Shown in pieces: positions 21,695 through 33,947 of a stretch of 64,000 bases of DNA. The notes beneath the pieces were generated by a model that saw nothing but the letters and a program-made list of their open reading frames with translations, searched no databases and had not been told where the DNA came from. Source of the DNA: Moniliella sp. 'wahieum' (taxonomy: Eukaryota); assembly GCA_003971905.1 (NCBI GenBank), contig RSEE01000083.1:124001-188000 (forward strand), read 5' to 3'. How positions within the stretch are numbered: the stretch's first letter is position 1; every line of letters starts with the position of its first letter. The position numbers and the translations under genes were made by a program.

Positions 21695-23961
21695 TGAGTA
21701 GTGGGTAGCTTGGCGGCAACGGGGAACCTCTTGTCGTCAGCGGCAAGCAAACAGCAGATGGCACGTCCAAGGACCCAGGCGGGGCGGTCGGGTTGCGGCC
21801 ATTTTCTTCTTCCGCCAGTGCCGCAGCATTTAGTAGGGTTCCTTCTTGGCTCTCTGGACCCTGCCTTGCCTGTCCAAGCAATGTCTCTGGCCAGGCAACG
21901 GTCGATGCACGCAGTTTCAAATTGCAAAACGAACTCCCTGCCCCTATTCCGCCCTCGACGGAAGGAGGAGAGAAGAAATGGGAATGCGGTTGTGGTGGGG
22001 GGGTATACGAGCAGTGTATATATACGCACACACGCAACCACACGCAATCACCGAGGCGGCAGACACAATTATCCTGGGCGGGCCCCGGATTGAAGCCCGA
22101 CCCACAGTTTAGGAGTGCCTCCCCATGGAGGAGAATTCACTCACGGTTGATCGAGCTGAATGCTAATAATGGGCCCGAACGGAGCTAGAGACGAGGTGAG
22201 GCCTTTGAAGTGTCGATGTTGTTGGCCCGGGTAACATTGATCGAAGGCTGCGTATGCACCGACGGTACGAGCAACCAAGCGTCCCTGTAGCCTGAACGAT
22301 TTGCCGGAATGTTGATGGTGGACTCAAATAAAGTCAGAGTAGGACACAACTCAACTTTCGTAAGGGTGTCGCGGGATCCGTACAGAAGAGACTGACTGTT
22401 GGCGATCAACACACTGAGCAACAACTGGATGCCGGTCGAAAAGAGACTGATCGTGGAAGACAAAGAGGGGGGTCGCTGAGGAATCTGGTTGGGGGGACAG
22501 CTAGAGAACTAGGACAAAGGCGGAAGTTGACTTTTGGGTTAAAGGGGATTGCTCAAAGGATGTTGATATTAAGCACGACCACAGCTAATACGGGGAAAGA
22601 ACATATATATGGATCGAAGGGCATACAAACAAGAACTATCATACGGATAGAAAACACAAAACGGATTATATACAGAGGAAGGAATGAAGGCCAATGGCCC
22701 TCAGAAATGAGTGCCAACCAAAAGTAAAAAGACACCCACACTCAGATGGGAATGGGAGCCGTCAAGCACCAAAAAGGTTCTCTCAATAAAGTGAAAAAGG
22801 GCAGATTTTCTGCTGTAAGCCAGGATGAACGAAAAACATTGCTGTTACATGTCTTCTGGCAGTACGCAGTAGCACGACGGAAGCACCACGTGGAGCGTAC
22901 ACGCCTCTGCGGGATGGGGATGGACTATAACATAAGAGGATCGGGTTCGAAGGAGCAGCCCAAGGTTGCGTTCCGGAAGGTGGCCCTCAAGGAGGCGCAG
23001 CCACGTTTTGCGTGGAATGCAGAGGGAAAAGGAGCCGAGGCATCGAGACTGATGGGGGTGGGGTCGATGGTGCAAGCGGATTGCGATAAGAAAGTGCCAT
23101 AAGCAAAAGTGTCAGGGATACACTCGGACATTTTTCTTCCCTCTGACCGCAACCACACGGGTTACAATGTCATCAAGAATGCTGAGAATATGTTCGAGGA
23201 CTCGCGGTTGTGTGGAAGGAGCTTGCTGAAGAGAGTTTCATTGCCGAGAGATGTTTCAATCATCGATCATCGCTCATCACATTAATCTACACAGCACGCT
23301 CTTCCATATCCACTACTCGTGTTACATCCAGTTTGGAAGCGAATGGTGGGAGTCAGAGGGTTCTGACCTGCTGGCGGCTCCCTTGGTTCCCTAAACGCGA
23401 TTCGGCGCCGACAGGCAACACATGCCGCCGGATGTCGATGAGCGCGATGAAGCTTGAAGCTGAAGCTTAAGCTTTCTGTAAATGATATGGCTACAGTGCT
23501 TGTCGATCTAAACTGACAGTTTACATTGCGACCGTAGCATGACTTGACCAACACCGCGTGTTTGGCCAGTTCTCTCGTCGACCTCATCGCATTGGCCCTT
23601 CGAAGAGATACAGGATGGTGCACAGAGTGTGTTGGGTATTATGATACCGGCTTGCCATGAACCGACGAACGTACCTAACCCAGGCCCACCCTGGCACACC
23701 CCAGGAACGTGGCGCACCGTTCCGCCGCCCTGGGGTAAACGTAGCAAACGTAATCGTAATCGCACTTACCATTCCGCCGTGGCTGCAAAAATAAAACGCG
23801 GCGGCAGCATGCAGTTCGGCACTGTCTTTTTTTTCCTGGCCGGAGAGAAAACACATGGTCGGCAAGTGGCGGCGATTGGTCTTGGTCTTCTGCCGCCACC
23901 AACGTCGCCGCCCCCTTGGTCTCTTCTGCCACCTCCTCCCCCTCGCCTTTCCCTCCCGACA

Positions 23962-25675
23962 ATGTGTGGCATTATGGCTTTGCTCTTGGCGCAGCAGCAC
24001 CAGCCTGCTGCGCCCGAGCTCAACGAGGGCCTGTCGCTCCTTCAGCACCGTGGCCAGGACGCGGCTGGCATTGTGACCTGTGGTCCGCGCGGCCGCTTTT
24101 TCCAATGCAAGGGCAACGGCATGGTGCGCGACGTGTTGATGCCTCGGCCTCAGCCGCCTGTCGGGCAGCATGGGCATTGGCCATGTCCGCTACCCCACCG
24201 CTGGTCGTCGAACCACGCCGAAGCCCAGCCGTTCTACGTCAACTCTCCGTACGGCATCACTTTTGCGCACAATGGTAACCTGGTCAACACTGCCGAGCTG
24301 CAGCAGTTCCTTGACGCCGATGCGCCGGCACATCAACACCGACTCGGATCGGAACTGCTGCTCAACATCCTCGCCAACAACCTCCAGAAAACGGGCAAGT
24401 TCCGTATCAATGAGGAGGACATTTTCAATGCGATTGGGGGTCTGATGCGCGATGCGCACGGCGGCTATGCATGTGTGGCCATGCTGGCTGGATTTGGCAT
24501 CATTGCCTTCCGTGAATGGATCCGTCGGTGGGCATGTGCACCCGTCAGCAGACGAGGCGACTGAGGGCACGCCGCTTGCCCAGTGCCCCACACGGCCAAG
24601 GACTTTGCTTCACTTCCGAGTCGGTGGTGAGCGATGCGCTTGGGTTTGAGGACTATGAGGACCTCAAGCCAGGTGAGGCGGTGATCATTACCCGCTCCCA
24701 GGTTAGCGCCGTGTGTGCTCACGCCCCAGGCAACCGCGAAAAACACCTACTCGTTTGCCCCGGACATTTCGAGTATGTCTACTTGCCCGGCCGACTGTGA
24801 TCGATGGATGGAGTGAGCGTCTACCGTGCCCGGATGGCGATGGGCGACAAGCTGGCGGAGACGGTGAGCCGCACCCTGGTGCGACGGGGGAGACGGTAGA
24901 TGTGGTGGTGCCGGTACCGGACACGTCGCGTGTGGCGGCGCTGCAGTTGGCGCAGAAGTTGCGGCTTCCGTATCGGGAGGGCTTTATCAAGAACCGGTTG
25001 TGGGCCGGACGTTCATCATGCCGGGCCAAGATGTGCGGCGGAAGAACGTGCGGAAAAAGTTGAATGCGATGGCGCTCGAGTTTGCCGGCAAGAATGTGCT
25101 GATTGTCGACGACTCGATCGTGCGTGGCACAACGTCCAAGGAGATCATCCAGATGGCGCGCGATGCCGGGGCCAAGAAGGTGATCATGGCTTCGTGCGCC
25201 CGCCAATCCGGTACCCGAACGTATACGGGATCGACATGCCGTCGCGCGCTGAGCTGGTGGCGCATGGCCGTAGCGATGCCGAAGTCGGCGACTACATCCA
25301 CGCGGACCAGGTCATCTACCAGTCGCTGGAGGACCTGATCGATGCGGTGCAGGGCTGAACCCGGAGCTGAAGCAGTTTGACTGCTCGGTGTTTGACGGGC
25401 GCTACGTGACGGGGGATGTGGACACGAAGTACCTGGAGCACCTCGAGCTGCTGCGCTCGGAGAACACCAAGCTCAAGAAGCAGCTGGCGGCGGTGAGCTA
25501 TGTGGCGCTGCCGCGGCCGTCGAGCAACCCGTTGCTGCCGGTGTCGGGACGCTGATGACGCCGACGGGGAGGAGAAGAAGGCGGAGGCGGAGCGCCGGCT
25601 GCGGGTGCGGCGCCATCACGCTCGAACGGGCACAAGGGGGAGGATCTGGGGCTGTACAATGGCTATTCGCAGTGA
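23962..25675 (+). CDS. ADE4: Amidophosphoribosyltransferase, frameshifted
   Basis: N-terminal nucleophile [81 protein letters not shown] motif [24 protein letters not shown] and C-terminal EDLGLYN. Confidence 0.95.
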
Positions 25676-25936
25676 GGGCGGAGGGGGTGCTGTCGTTAAT
25701 CAATTGGGTGGGCCACATTGTGTGTGCGTGTGTGTATAAGTCTGTCTGCGTGCAAGCGAGGGTGAGGGGCATGTGACATGTGAGGGTGCGTGTGACACGC
25801 GTGTTCCGCGGGTGGGCGGAATGGGCTGAGGTAAGCACACGCGGGGCGCGCGCAGGGGGTCTGTTTGGTAATGCTCAGCTCAGCATCCTCTGCTCGTCCC
25901 CGGCCTCCGCCTCGCCGCCCGTTAGGTCAGCCTGCC

Positions 25937-27594
25937 ATGCCCAGCCCGCCGCCCCCGACGCGTCCGCCGCGCCCGCTGCCCACCACCCCGCCGCCGCCGC
26001 CGCGCCCCGCCCACCCCACCCTCCGCCCACCGCCGCCACCCGCCACACGTCCACCTCCTACTCTCCGCCCTCTCTTCTTCCCTCCCCTCCCCCCTCCTCC
26101 TCTTCCTCCGACTCCCGCCGCCCCGCCTCGCCCCCGCCGCGCCCCTCCCGCCGCGCCTCGACGCGTCCGCCCCGCCGCGGACCAACTGCCTGCCCCGGTC
26201 GCGTCCCCGCAGCTGAGGGATGCCGCCTCGCCTCCCCGCCCCGCGCTAGGCACCCGCCCCCGACGCCGCCCCGGCCCAGCCCAGCGACGCGTCGCACCTG
26301 GGCCTGCCGACGCCGACGCGTCGCATCTGCCTGCCCCGGCCGACGCGCCATCGAGCCCCACAACGCCCCGAGACCGGTGACCCCAACCAAGCTGCGATCT
26401 CCGCGCCTCCCCCGCCGCCCCGGCTCCGGCGCGGCCTCTGGTCCCCTCGCCGGCGTGCCGACCCACTCCGCGTCGCCCGAGATCCAGTTCCCTCGTTGGG
26501 CCCCCCCATACTGCGGCCGCCGAGCCAGGCTCTCAGGCTGTCCAATCGTCTGCTGTGCCCTCAACGGCCGACCAGAACGCGTGGATTTACTCTACGTGGG
26601 GATCCCACGAGATGGACGGCGTGGCGCAAGCGCCGGTCGATGCTGCTGCAGCTGCGGCCGCGTCGGCGTCCGGGCAGGTGGGCAGTTCGCACCCCCCAAG
26701 CATGGAGCTGGCCCATGCGCATGCCCAGCCGGGTCCTTCCCAACCGAAAAGAGAAACGTCGTCCCACCGACCCGTCCAAGCGCGCCGAGCAGAACCGTGG
26801 GCCCAGCGCAACTTCCGCATGCGACGTGACGCGCGCTTCAAGGTGCTGCAAGAACAGGCGGCTCAACTGGCCCGCTTGACGCAGGAGAATATGCAGATGC
26901 AAGGACGGTGGGCGGAGCTGCTGTCGCTGTCGAACAAGTTGCGTTCGGACAACCATGCGCTGCGCGTGACCATGGCCACGCTCGCCCAGCAGCGCCAAAC
27001 CACGTCGCAAGAAGCCATTGAGGCCGTGCTGCGCACTGTCCAGGGAAGGAGGTCCAGGCTCATGTCCAGGCCCAAGTCCAGGCCCAGGTCCAGGCTCAAC
27101 CACAAGCTCTCCTTCTCCCCCGCTGCTCCGACGGCGCAACAGACACGTGGCAACCCCGCCGTCTCGGCCAGCCCGGCGCCCGGCGCGTCGACGACGACGC
27201 TCCCAGCGGATCCGCCGAAGACGGCGCGAACCAATTGTTGAACCTCGAGGGCCAACCCGAACTGCCGCACTTGTTTGGTTCGGCATTGGGCTCGACCGAT
27301 CCGCAACCCAGCCCTTCAGCTACCTCGGCCCCCGGCGCTGGCGTAGGCGTAGGCGAAGGTGTGCCTGGAGAAGGGATACCAACGAAGCCTTGCGCAACTC
27401 ATGGCCGCTGCCATGTCGGCGCCCCGGGCGAACGGAGCGGCGAAGAACCGGACGAATCGCGGAAACGTAAGGCCAACCTCGCCGCCCCTGGCCACAGGAC
27501 GACTCTCACCGGCCTCGCTCGCCCCCCGAGGCAATGCAAGACGCCTCCCCCGTCCCTGCTCCGGCTCCTCGGCTTAAGCTCCCACCTTGCCTGA
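25937..27594 (+). CDS. bZIP transcription factor with Yap/AP-1-type basic region; boundaries approximate
   Basis: Across a 1-bp shift at ~26797: DPSKRAEQNR-(A)AQRNFRMRRDARFKVLQ, followed by the heptad coiled coil AQLARLTQENMQMQGRWAELLSLSNKLRSDNHAL. Pro-rich N-terminus from ATG 25937. Confidence 0.75.
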
Positions 27595-27837
27595 TCCCTG
27601 GCTGGAGCCCTAGATGGGCGTTGATGCCTGGGTGGGGTGGGGGGGTTGTACTAGTGCTTGCGAATGCGAATGTTTCTGATGTGACGCGTGGCTCGTTGCT
27701 ATGGTAGACGGGAGACAGACGGGGTGGAGAGACATGCAACTAGAGAAAGGATCTTTACAAGGGGACACAGCGCGTCGGGAGGCAGAGCCAACCAGGAGAG
27801 ACAAGGCGGAGGTGGATGTCGATCAAGCCGATGAGGA

Positions 27838-30800
27838 CTAGGGAGGATCGAGGAGGGCTGAGCCCTCAGGCTGAGGACTTGGTACGTAGTACGTAGCGCC
27901 TTGTGCTTGGCGCGTAGCGCGCAACGCGTTAAGGACTAAGTAGCAAGCGGACGGCACCGGTTGCACAGCACCCCGGATTCCGGCACCACCGCAGCGCCTG
28001 ATTTTTGCCCCGGCTGCGCCGTTTGGTCTTGACGGCCGACGGCTGGATGGGCCACCAAAGGGGCGAAGCATGCGTGCCGCAATTCGAGCACACTTGGTCC
28101 GTCAGCTGGACCCCCACCGAGGCGCGTCCCGGTCGGGAGAGACGTGCTGGTCCTGCGCGTCGCGGGCAACGTAAACAGGCCCGGGGGAACATGTGACTGT
28201 ACCGTCCCAGCGCCACGAAGCAGCGGGTAGTCGGCCGGTCCACAAGCACAGCGTCTACCGCTTCCGCCCGTCCATCTTTCCGTGTCTAGCACCTCGTCCA
28301 TCTCCACGTCCGACTCCTCGCCATCGAACGGAAGGGAACTCGTAGTGGCGCAGCGTACGGCGGTGGCAGACCTGGACTTGCTTGTTGGCTGCCATATAGA
28401 TGGATAACATGGGACGCCACGTTTCGGGATCCAGGTCGTTCAACGCGTAAATCCGCTTGTCCTGCAGGGCGATCGCGTGGTCCGGACAGCACGTCAGTTC
28501 TTGTACCCTCCCCGACTCGTAGTTGAAACCGGGTCAGCTTGGAGCGACCCCATCTTCATCTCTCTTCGTCTTTCCTGCTTCTTCTTCTCTGGCTGCGCAT
28601 CCTTTTTCCTTTGCTTCATGTTGCTCCTTTGTCGGTTTCGCTTGGCTGCTGTGAGGAACAGAGGGCCTCTCGTCTGAACCAGCTTCGCCTCGACCCCTTC
28701 CTCCCCGGCAGTGGATGCGCGCGGCAATCTCAAACCAAGCATGTACCCGTGGGCTTGGTGTTGCGTCGTTCGGGCGGATGACGAACCTGCTGCGCCCACG
28801 CACACGATACATGGAACTTACCACACCCCTCGGCCGAACACTCGACACATGCGCCGTCGGTCGATGCAAATCTCGCAAAGGCGTACGGTAGCCCACATGG
28901 GCAGCGTGCCCACCCTTCCACCGGACCGTAGCGCGTCACATCGCCCACCGTACAGCCATCATAAACAGCGCACACACCAGGTGCACCCAGTTGTTTCGTT
29001 CTGTCGGCTTGAACACGTCCAGCATCCGGCCCGTCGGCGGCGGGCGGAACATGACAGGCATGTGAGCCGCAAAGAACCCGCCACTTTGTGGGTGCCCCGG
29101 CCCGGAGGAGTAGGGACAGCAGGCGCGGAACCCGGTGGTCCAGAAGGCGCACGCACAGGTAGCGCGCCAGGCCCAGCCCCTGGCAACAGAGGCGCAGGCG
29201 ACTTGCGTGGTGATCCACTTTCTCGATTGGGCGAGGCAGCGGCAGCCGACGTGCCCAAGCAGGCCTGGTGAGCCTTGTGTGGGCCCGGCGTGGGACCGGC
29301 CGAGGAAGGGCGGATCCCGGGCGATTTACTCGTCGTCGAACCAGGCGAGAGATGGCCGGCGAAGGCGAGGTGGGGAAGGCCGATGACGGCACAGCGGTCG
29401 CCTTGAGCGGCCCGGATGCCGGGGCCGAGAGTAGCGGGCGAGGGCCTCCCAGGCATGGGCAGCAAACCGGACGGCGGAGGAGGGGCGAAGAAAGGCGCGT
29501 AGCCAGGCGAGGGGGAATGTTGCTTCCCGGCGGCGGCGGCATGGCACCATTCAAGGGGAACGAGGGCGGCGGCCCAGGCAACGGGAACGGCACCGTGCCT
29601 GGTGGTGGCGGCGGAGGGAACTGGCCCGGCGGGAAGGGAGGCATGGGGTACTGGGGGAAGACGAGCATGCTGCCTGCCGGTGGCATGCCGTGTGCCGGGG
29701 TAGGAAGGACCATACCGGGAGGCGGGAAGCCAGGAGGGAACCGGTACGGAAGGAATTGGCTGTCGAGCATGGCGGGCTGGGCTGCACGCCGCAAACATGC
29801 ACTTGGGCACCAACGACTCGTTTGGATGGACCAAGTTGGCACACAGTCGCACGTCCAGTCTCGGCGGCCACCGCTGCGCGTCCACCATGAGCAGAGCGGA
29901 TGCGCACTGAGGCCACAGGGGTGCACTGCCACTAGCTGCGCCACGGCTCCAGCCGTGCGCACACGGCGCATGGCGGCAGCGGCGGCAAGGGCGTGGGCAG
30001 ACTTGGTCCCAGCTGCCCCGGCACAAGCGGTGAGGCGTGCCAGATGCCGGTGGGGGGCACGTGGCCCAGAGCAGGCGGGATGGCAGCAGGGGTGCCCGCC
30101 CCCTGGGCGCTGGCCACGGTCGTATGCGGTGGCCCGGACAGCACTGCCGCCGCCCGCCGGCGGCCGGAGGGAGAGGCGACGGCGTTGGGCGGCGAGCGAG
30201 AGGTGGACTTGAGCGGCGGGCGGTGAGGAAAGACCGAGCGCCTCTAGGCGGTCGAGTGCGTTTGGCATGGGCCGATCCGGCAGGCACCGAGCGAAGCGGG
30301 CGTGCCGACAGCCAGTGGGGACGGAGTAAAGGTTCGGGCGAGCCGGGCGTCGCTGCCGCCGGCGACGGCTCGTCGCGGTGGACAGCAGGTGAGCTCGGTG
30401 GGACAGGAGTCTCTTCTTGGCTTTGGCCGGGGCGATGGTTTGCTGGGCGACGGCTTGGCAGGCGGCGTGGCAGCCGCGGCAGGACGCGGCAGCGGCCTGC
30501 GGGTAGAGCGGCGGGTGCGCAGACCGCGTCGGCCAATTCGGCCCGGCGAGTCAGCCGAGTCTTCCGCGACCTCGTCGTCCAGGCGAGCACCTTGACGCCG
30601 AGGCCACGTGTCCTCCTGAGGCGCGGCGCGTTTGTGGGCGTTGGTGCGGGCGTCGATCTGGGACGCCTCGGCGGCATACTTGCGCCAGTGCAAGCCACAG
30701 TCAATGCACAGTGCCGGTTGGGCCACACGGCACGGCCACGGAACCAGCGCGGGCTGCGCGGTGCGTATGGCACACGGAGCAGGTGAACATGTCCGACTCG

Positions 30801-33800
30801 CTCTGGTTCCCCCGCATGTACGACTCGGCCGCGTGGGAGCAACAAGCATGTTGAAGGGTCGGATGATTTCGTTGGCCGTCTTCATGTCCTTGAGGCGGGC
30901 TTCCCACGCAGGCTGTAGTAGCGGGGCCACGCTGGAGGTAATACCCGCGCACCAAGTCTCCGTAAAACTTGGATGGAATCATCCGCTTCAGCTCGGGAGA
31001 TTGAGGTCTTTGGGCATGCGTTTGGAGGATGCGCATCTCGTTGTCGGTCCAGTGCCAGGCGGAAGTCCTCTGGCCTCGACTCGGAGAGAGGCTCAGCGCG
31101 CGCGCCACATTAGAGCCGTCCTGAGTGCGGTGGCCAACAGACAGAGGGCACGATTGAAGATGTCCGTATCAGAGATTTTGAGGGGCAAGCTGCTGTTCTT
31201 GTCGAGCGAGCGCTGGGCCAAAGTCAGATAGGTGGTTCTGCAAGTGGGGGCAAGAAAACGGTGTTAGTACAAGCGCCAAGACAGACATGCCAGAGAGGAC
31301 CACATACAGATCTTGTCCGCACGGGCAACTGAGGCGACCAGAGAAGCTTCACAACCTCATCCGATCCCCGGTCCGGCCACGGCGTAGGTCGGGCACGGGT
31401 GTCAAGTCAGGCAAGTCAAGGTGCTTCTGGTGCAGCGCGCGAGCTCCTCCCCGTCCCGCGCGGTACGCTCCACGGCCCCGTCCACGGCCACGACCACGCC
31501 ACGACCACGGCCACGACCCCGCCCTCTGCCCCTTCCACGTCTCGACCACCTCGGGTGCTTGCAACAGGGGGTTGGGGGGCGGGGCAACCGGGGTAGCATC
31601 TGGTTCGGACGGGGCTGGGTGAGCGTCAGCAGCGGCAGCAACCTGGATGGCGGGAACAGAAGCTGGTGCGGGCGACAAAGCGGCGGTAGATTCTGCCATG
31701 GCCAACTCTGGAGCAGCGGCAGGTGTTCCTCCCTCATTGTCCATGTCTCCCCTCAGCATCGTCACTCTCCGGTTCTCGGTCGGCATCGGCCTCATCGGCC
31801 TCGTCCGCATCACCATCTGCGTCTCCATCCGCATCGCCCTCCACCGCCATCGGTGTGGCGGTGGCTTGTGAGCCCGGCTTCTCCGGAGAACCCAACAGTG
31901 ATGGTGTAGCGGGCCGGAACTGCTGGGAGGGGGCCATGGCCGAAGTGGGGGGCATCTGGACCAGACCCGGTACCGATTCCGTCTCGTCTCCATCGGTTGA
32001 ACTTGGGGCACTGTCATTGGCGTTTGCAATCTCCGACAGACGCAGGTCAGCTGGGCGGAAGGGCGCATGGGCACCGCACTAGGCTTTGCATTTACGGGCG
32101 TGGTGGCCCGGGATGAGAGCTCATCGCGTTGGTACGCGTCCTCGTCGAATGGCAACCACAGCAAGCGTACTTTCTGGAGCGGCTTTGGTGCTCATTGCCT
32201 CCTCCATGTGGCCCGTGGGAGCGACGGTAGCATCCCCGCCGCGCTCGTCTGCTTCGGGAGGCCGGTTGCCCAGGCCAAACTGGAGCTGCTCCTCCCAGGA
32301 GATGACGTTGGCTTGGTACGTCTCTCCAATACGTTGGTTGCCCGGAGGAAAGATGAGGTCGTCGGGATTGAGCGCATCGGGAGGGTAGGTTTTCTGGCCA
32401 AAGTAGCGATAGGGCCACATACGATGACACTTGACCCCGCGTGACTCGTCGAGCACAGCCCGGTCTACCCCAGTCGCATCTCGGTCGGGCGTGGCCTTGT
32501 CACGTTCCGACTCGAGTCGGGTCATGTGCCGCTTGTTCCGGGTAACGGGGGCCTGGTGTTCCTCGGGTTCCTGGGGGGTGTCCTTGGTGTCCTTGTCCTC
32601 CGTTTCGTCCATGGCAACCGCTGGCTCTTTGTCCTCTGCCTCGTCCGACTCCTTTTCCGCTTTCCTGGGGGAGAGGAGACAGGATCCAGCTCGTCCTTCT
32701 TCTCTGTGTGCTCACAGGCTCGGCCACGGGGGCCACCAGGCCCAGCAGGTCTGCGTGCAGGTCCATGAGACGCCTCGGGGGGCTTGGCGTCGAGCGCAGG
32801 ATCGGCACAGTGGATGTGCCAGAACTTACGGCACTTGCTGCACCGCACCGAGTCGGAGCTGCATAGAGAAGAAGAGGGAGGGTCAGCAACAGCGATGGAA
32901 GTTGGGCGGGGAGGGGGCGGGGGCGGCAAAATAATTAGGCACTAGTATAACTAGTAGCCTGTTATTACCCCCCGCCCCCCCCCCCCCCGAAGCCGAAGGG
33001 GGCAAGAACGAAATTAGATCAACGCACCTCGACGCCCACTGTTTGCACTGGTTGCAGGTTCTTGGCGCCTGGGTCAGGTCGCGCCACGCCCGTCTCGAAG
33101 AAGATGAACGAGTAGCGGTCTTGGATTACCTTGACGAATCGGCCGGAGCGTTGCGAAGGAGGTGGGAGGGCATCACATCGTAGTAGCGATGGACGTAGCG
33201 ATCAAAGAGCTGAGTGAAATAAAAATGGCTTCCTCCGCTTGTAGGTGGCCAGATCTTGGGCCGAGCCATCGCCAATGAAGCTGCGATGGCGTACCTCGCA
33301 AAACCCACGCACGCCTCGAGCGGAAACAGATCCTCATTGACCGTGCCCAGAAGAAGGCGCGAATCAAGGTGGCCTTGGTAACACATCGCGCTGCCGCTGG
33401 AACAGGTTCGTTCGCACATACACCGGTAATCGGGGGCGGCTTTGGGGTCCTCCGGCGTAGCATCGGGCTCCAAAGATAGACAAAAATTACTCGTCCAATC
33501 AGATATGGCTCTCCTTGCCTGCAAAAGGGGGCGCTGAGGAGATAAAGTCTGGCGGAGGAGGGTTAGCCAAAGGGAAGGACGAGGGGGGGGGGCGCACCGT
33601 TGGGCTGAATCTGTCCCGTTGCTCCACTGGACCGAGGTGGGGTTGGGAGGAGGACCCTCGGGGAAGAGGCAGGGGGGTGGCGGTGGTGGCGGTAGAGGGC
33701 AGAGGTCGCAGGGGGTGGGGCCAGGGGGGGCAGCTGCTGGAGGGGACGGCGCGGCCGGGGGCGGAGAAGGATGCGGATGACGGATGGCGCTGGAGGCGCA

Positions 33801-33947
33801 GCAGGCTCGCTGGATCGGTTGGGGGGGGAGCCGCTGGATCGGAGGCGGGGAGGAGCGTGGGCTCAGTGGAGGGGTGGTCGGGCATGCTGCGAGATGGGAG
33901 GAGGGGGGTGGGGGGGCCGCGTGGGGAGCGTCGGATGGCGAAGACAT
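27838..33947 (-). CDS. SNT2: Snt2-like chromatin protein (BAH, PHD, ELM2/SANT, PHD-like zinc finger, C-terminal GATA-like finger); introns include 31238-31307 and 32859-33027
   Basis: BAH: DSRLLLGTVNEDLFPL..YFTQLFDRYVHRYYDVMP. PHD: TCNQCKQWAS|SDSVRCSKCRKFWHIHCADP. ELM2: WPYRYFG..RIGETYQANV. SANT: WTDNEMRIL..GDLVRGYY. Also CSVCHT, DGACVECSAEGCGKFHVSCA and C-terminal CSNCGTHASPLWW..LCNRC. Confidence 0.85.
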
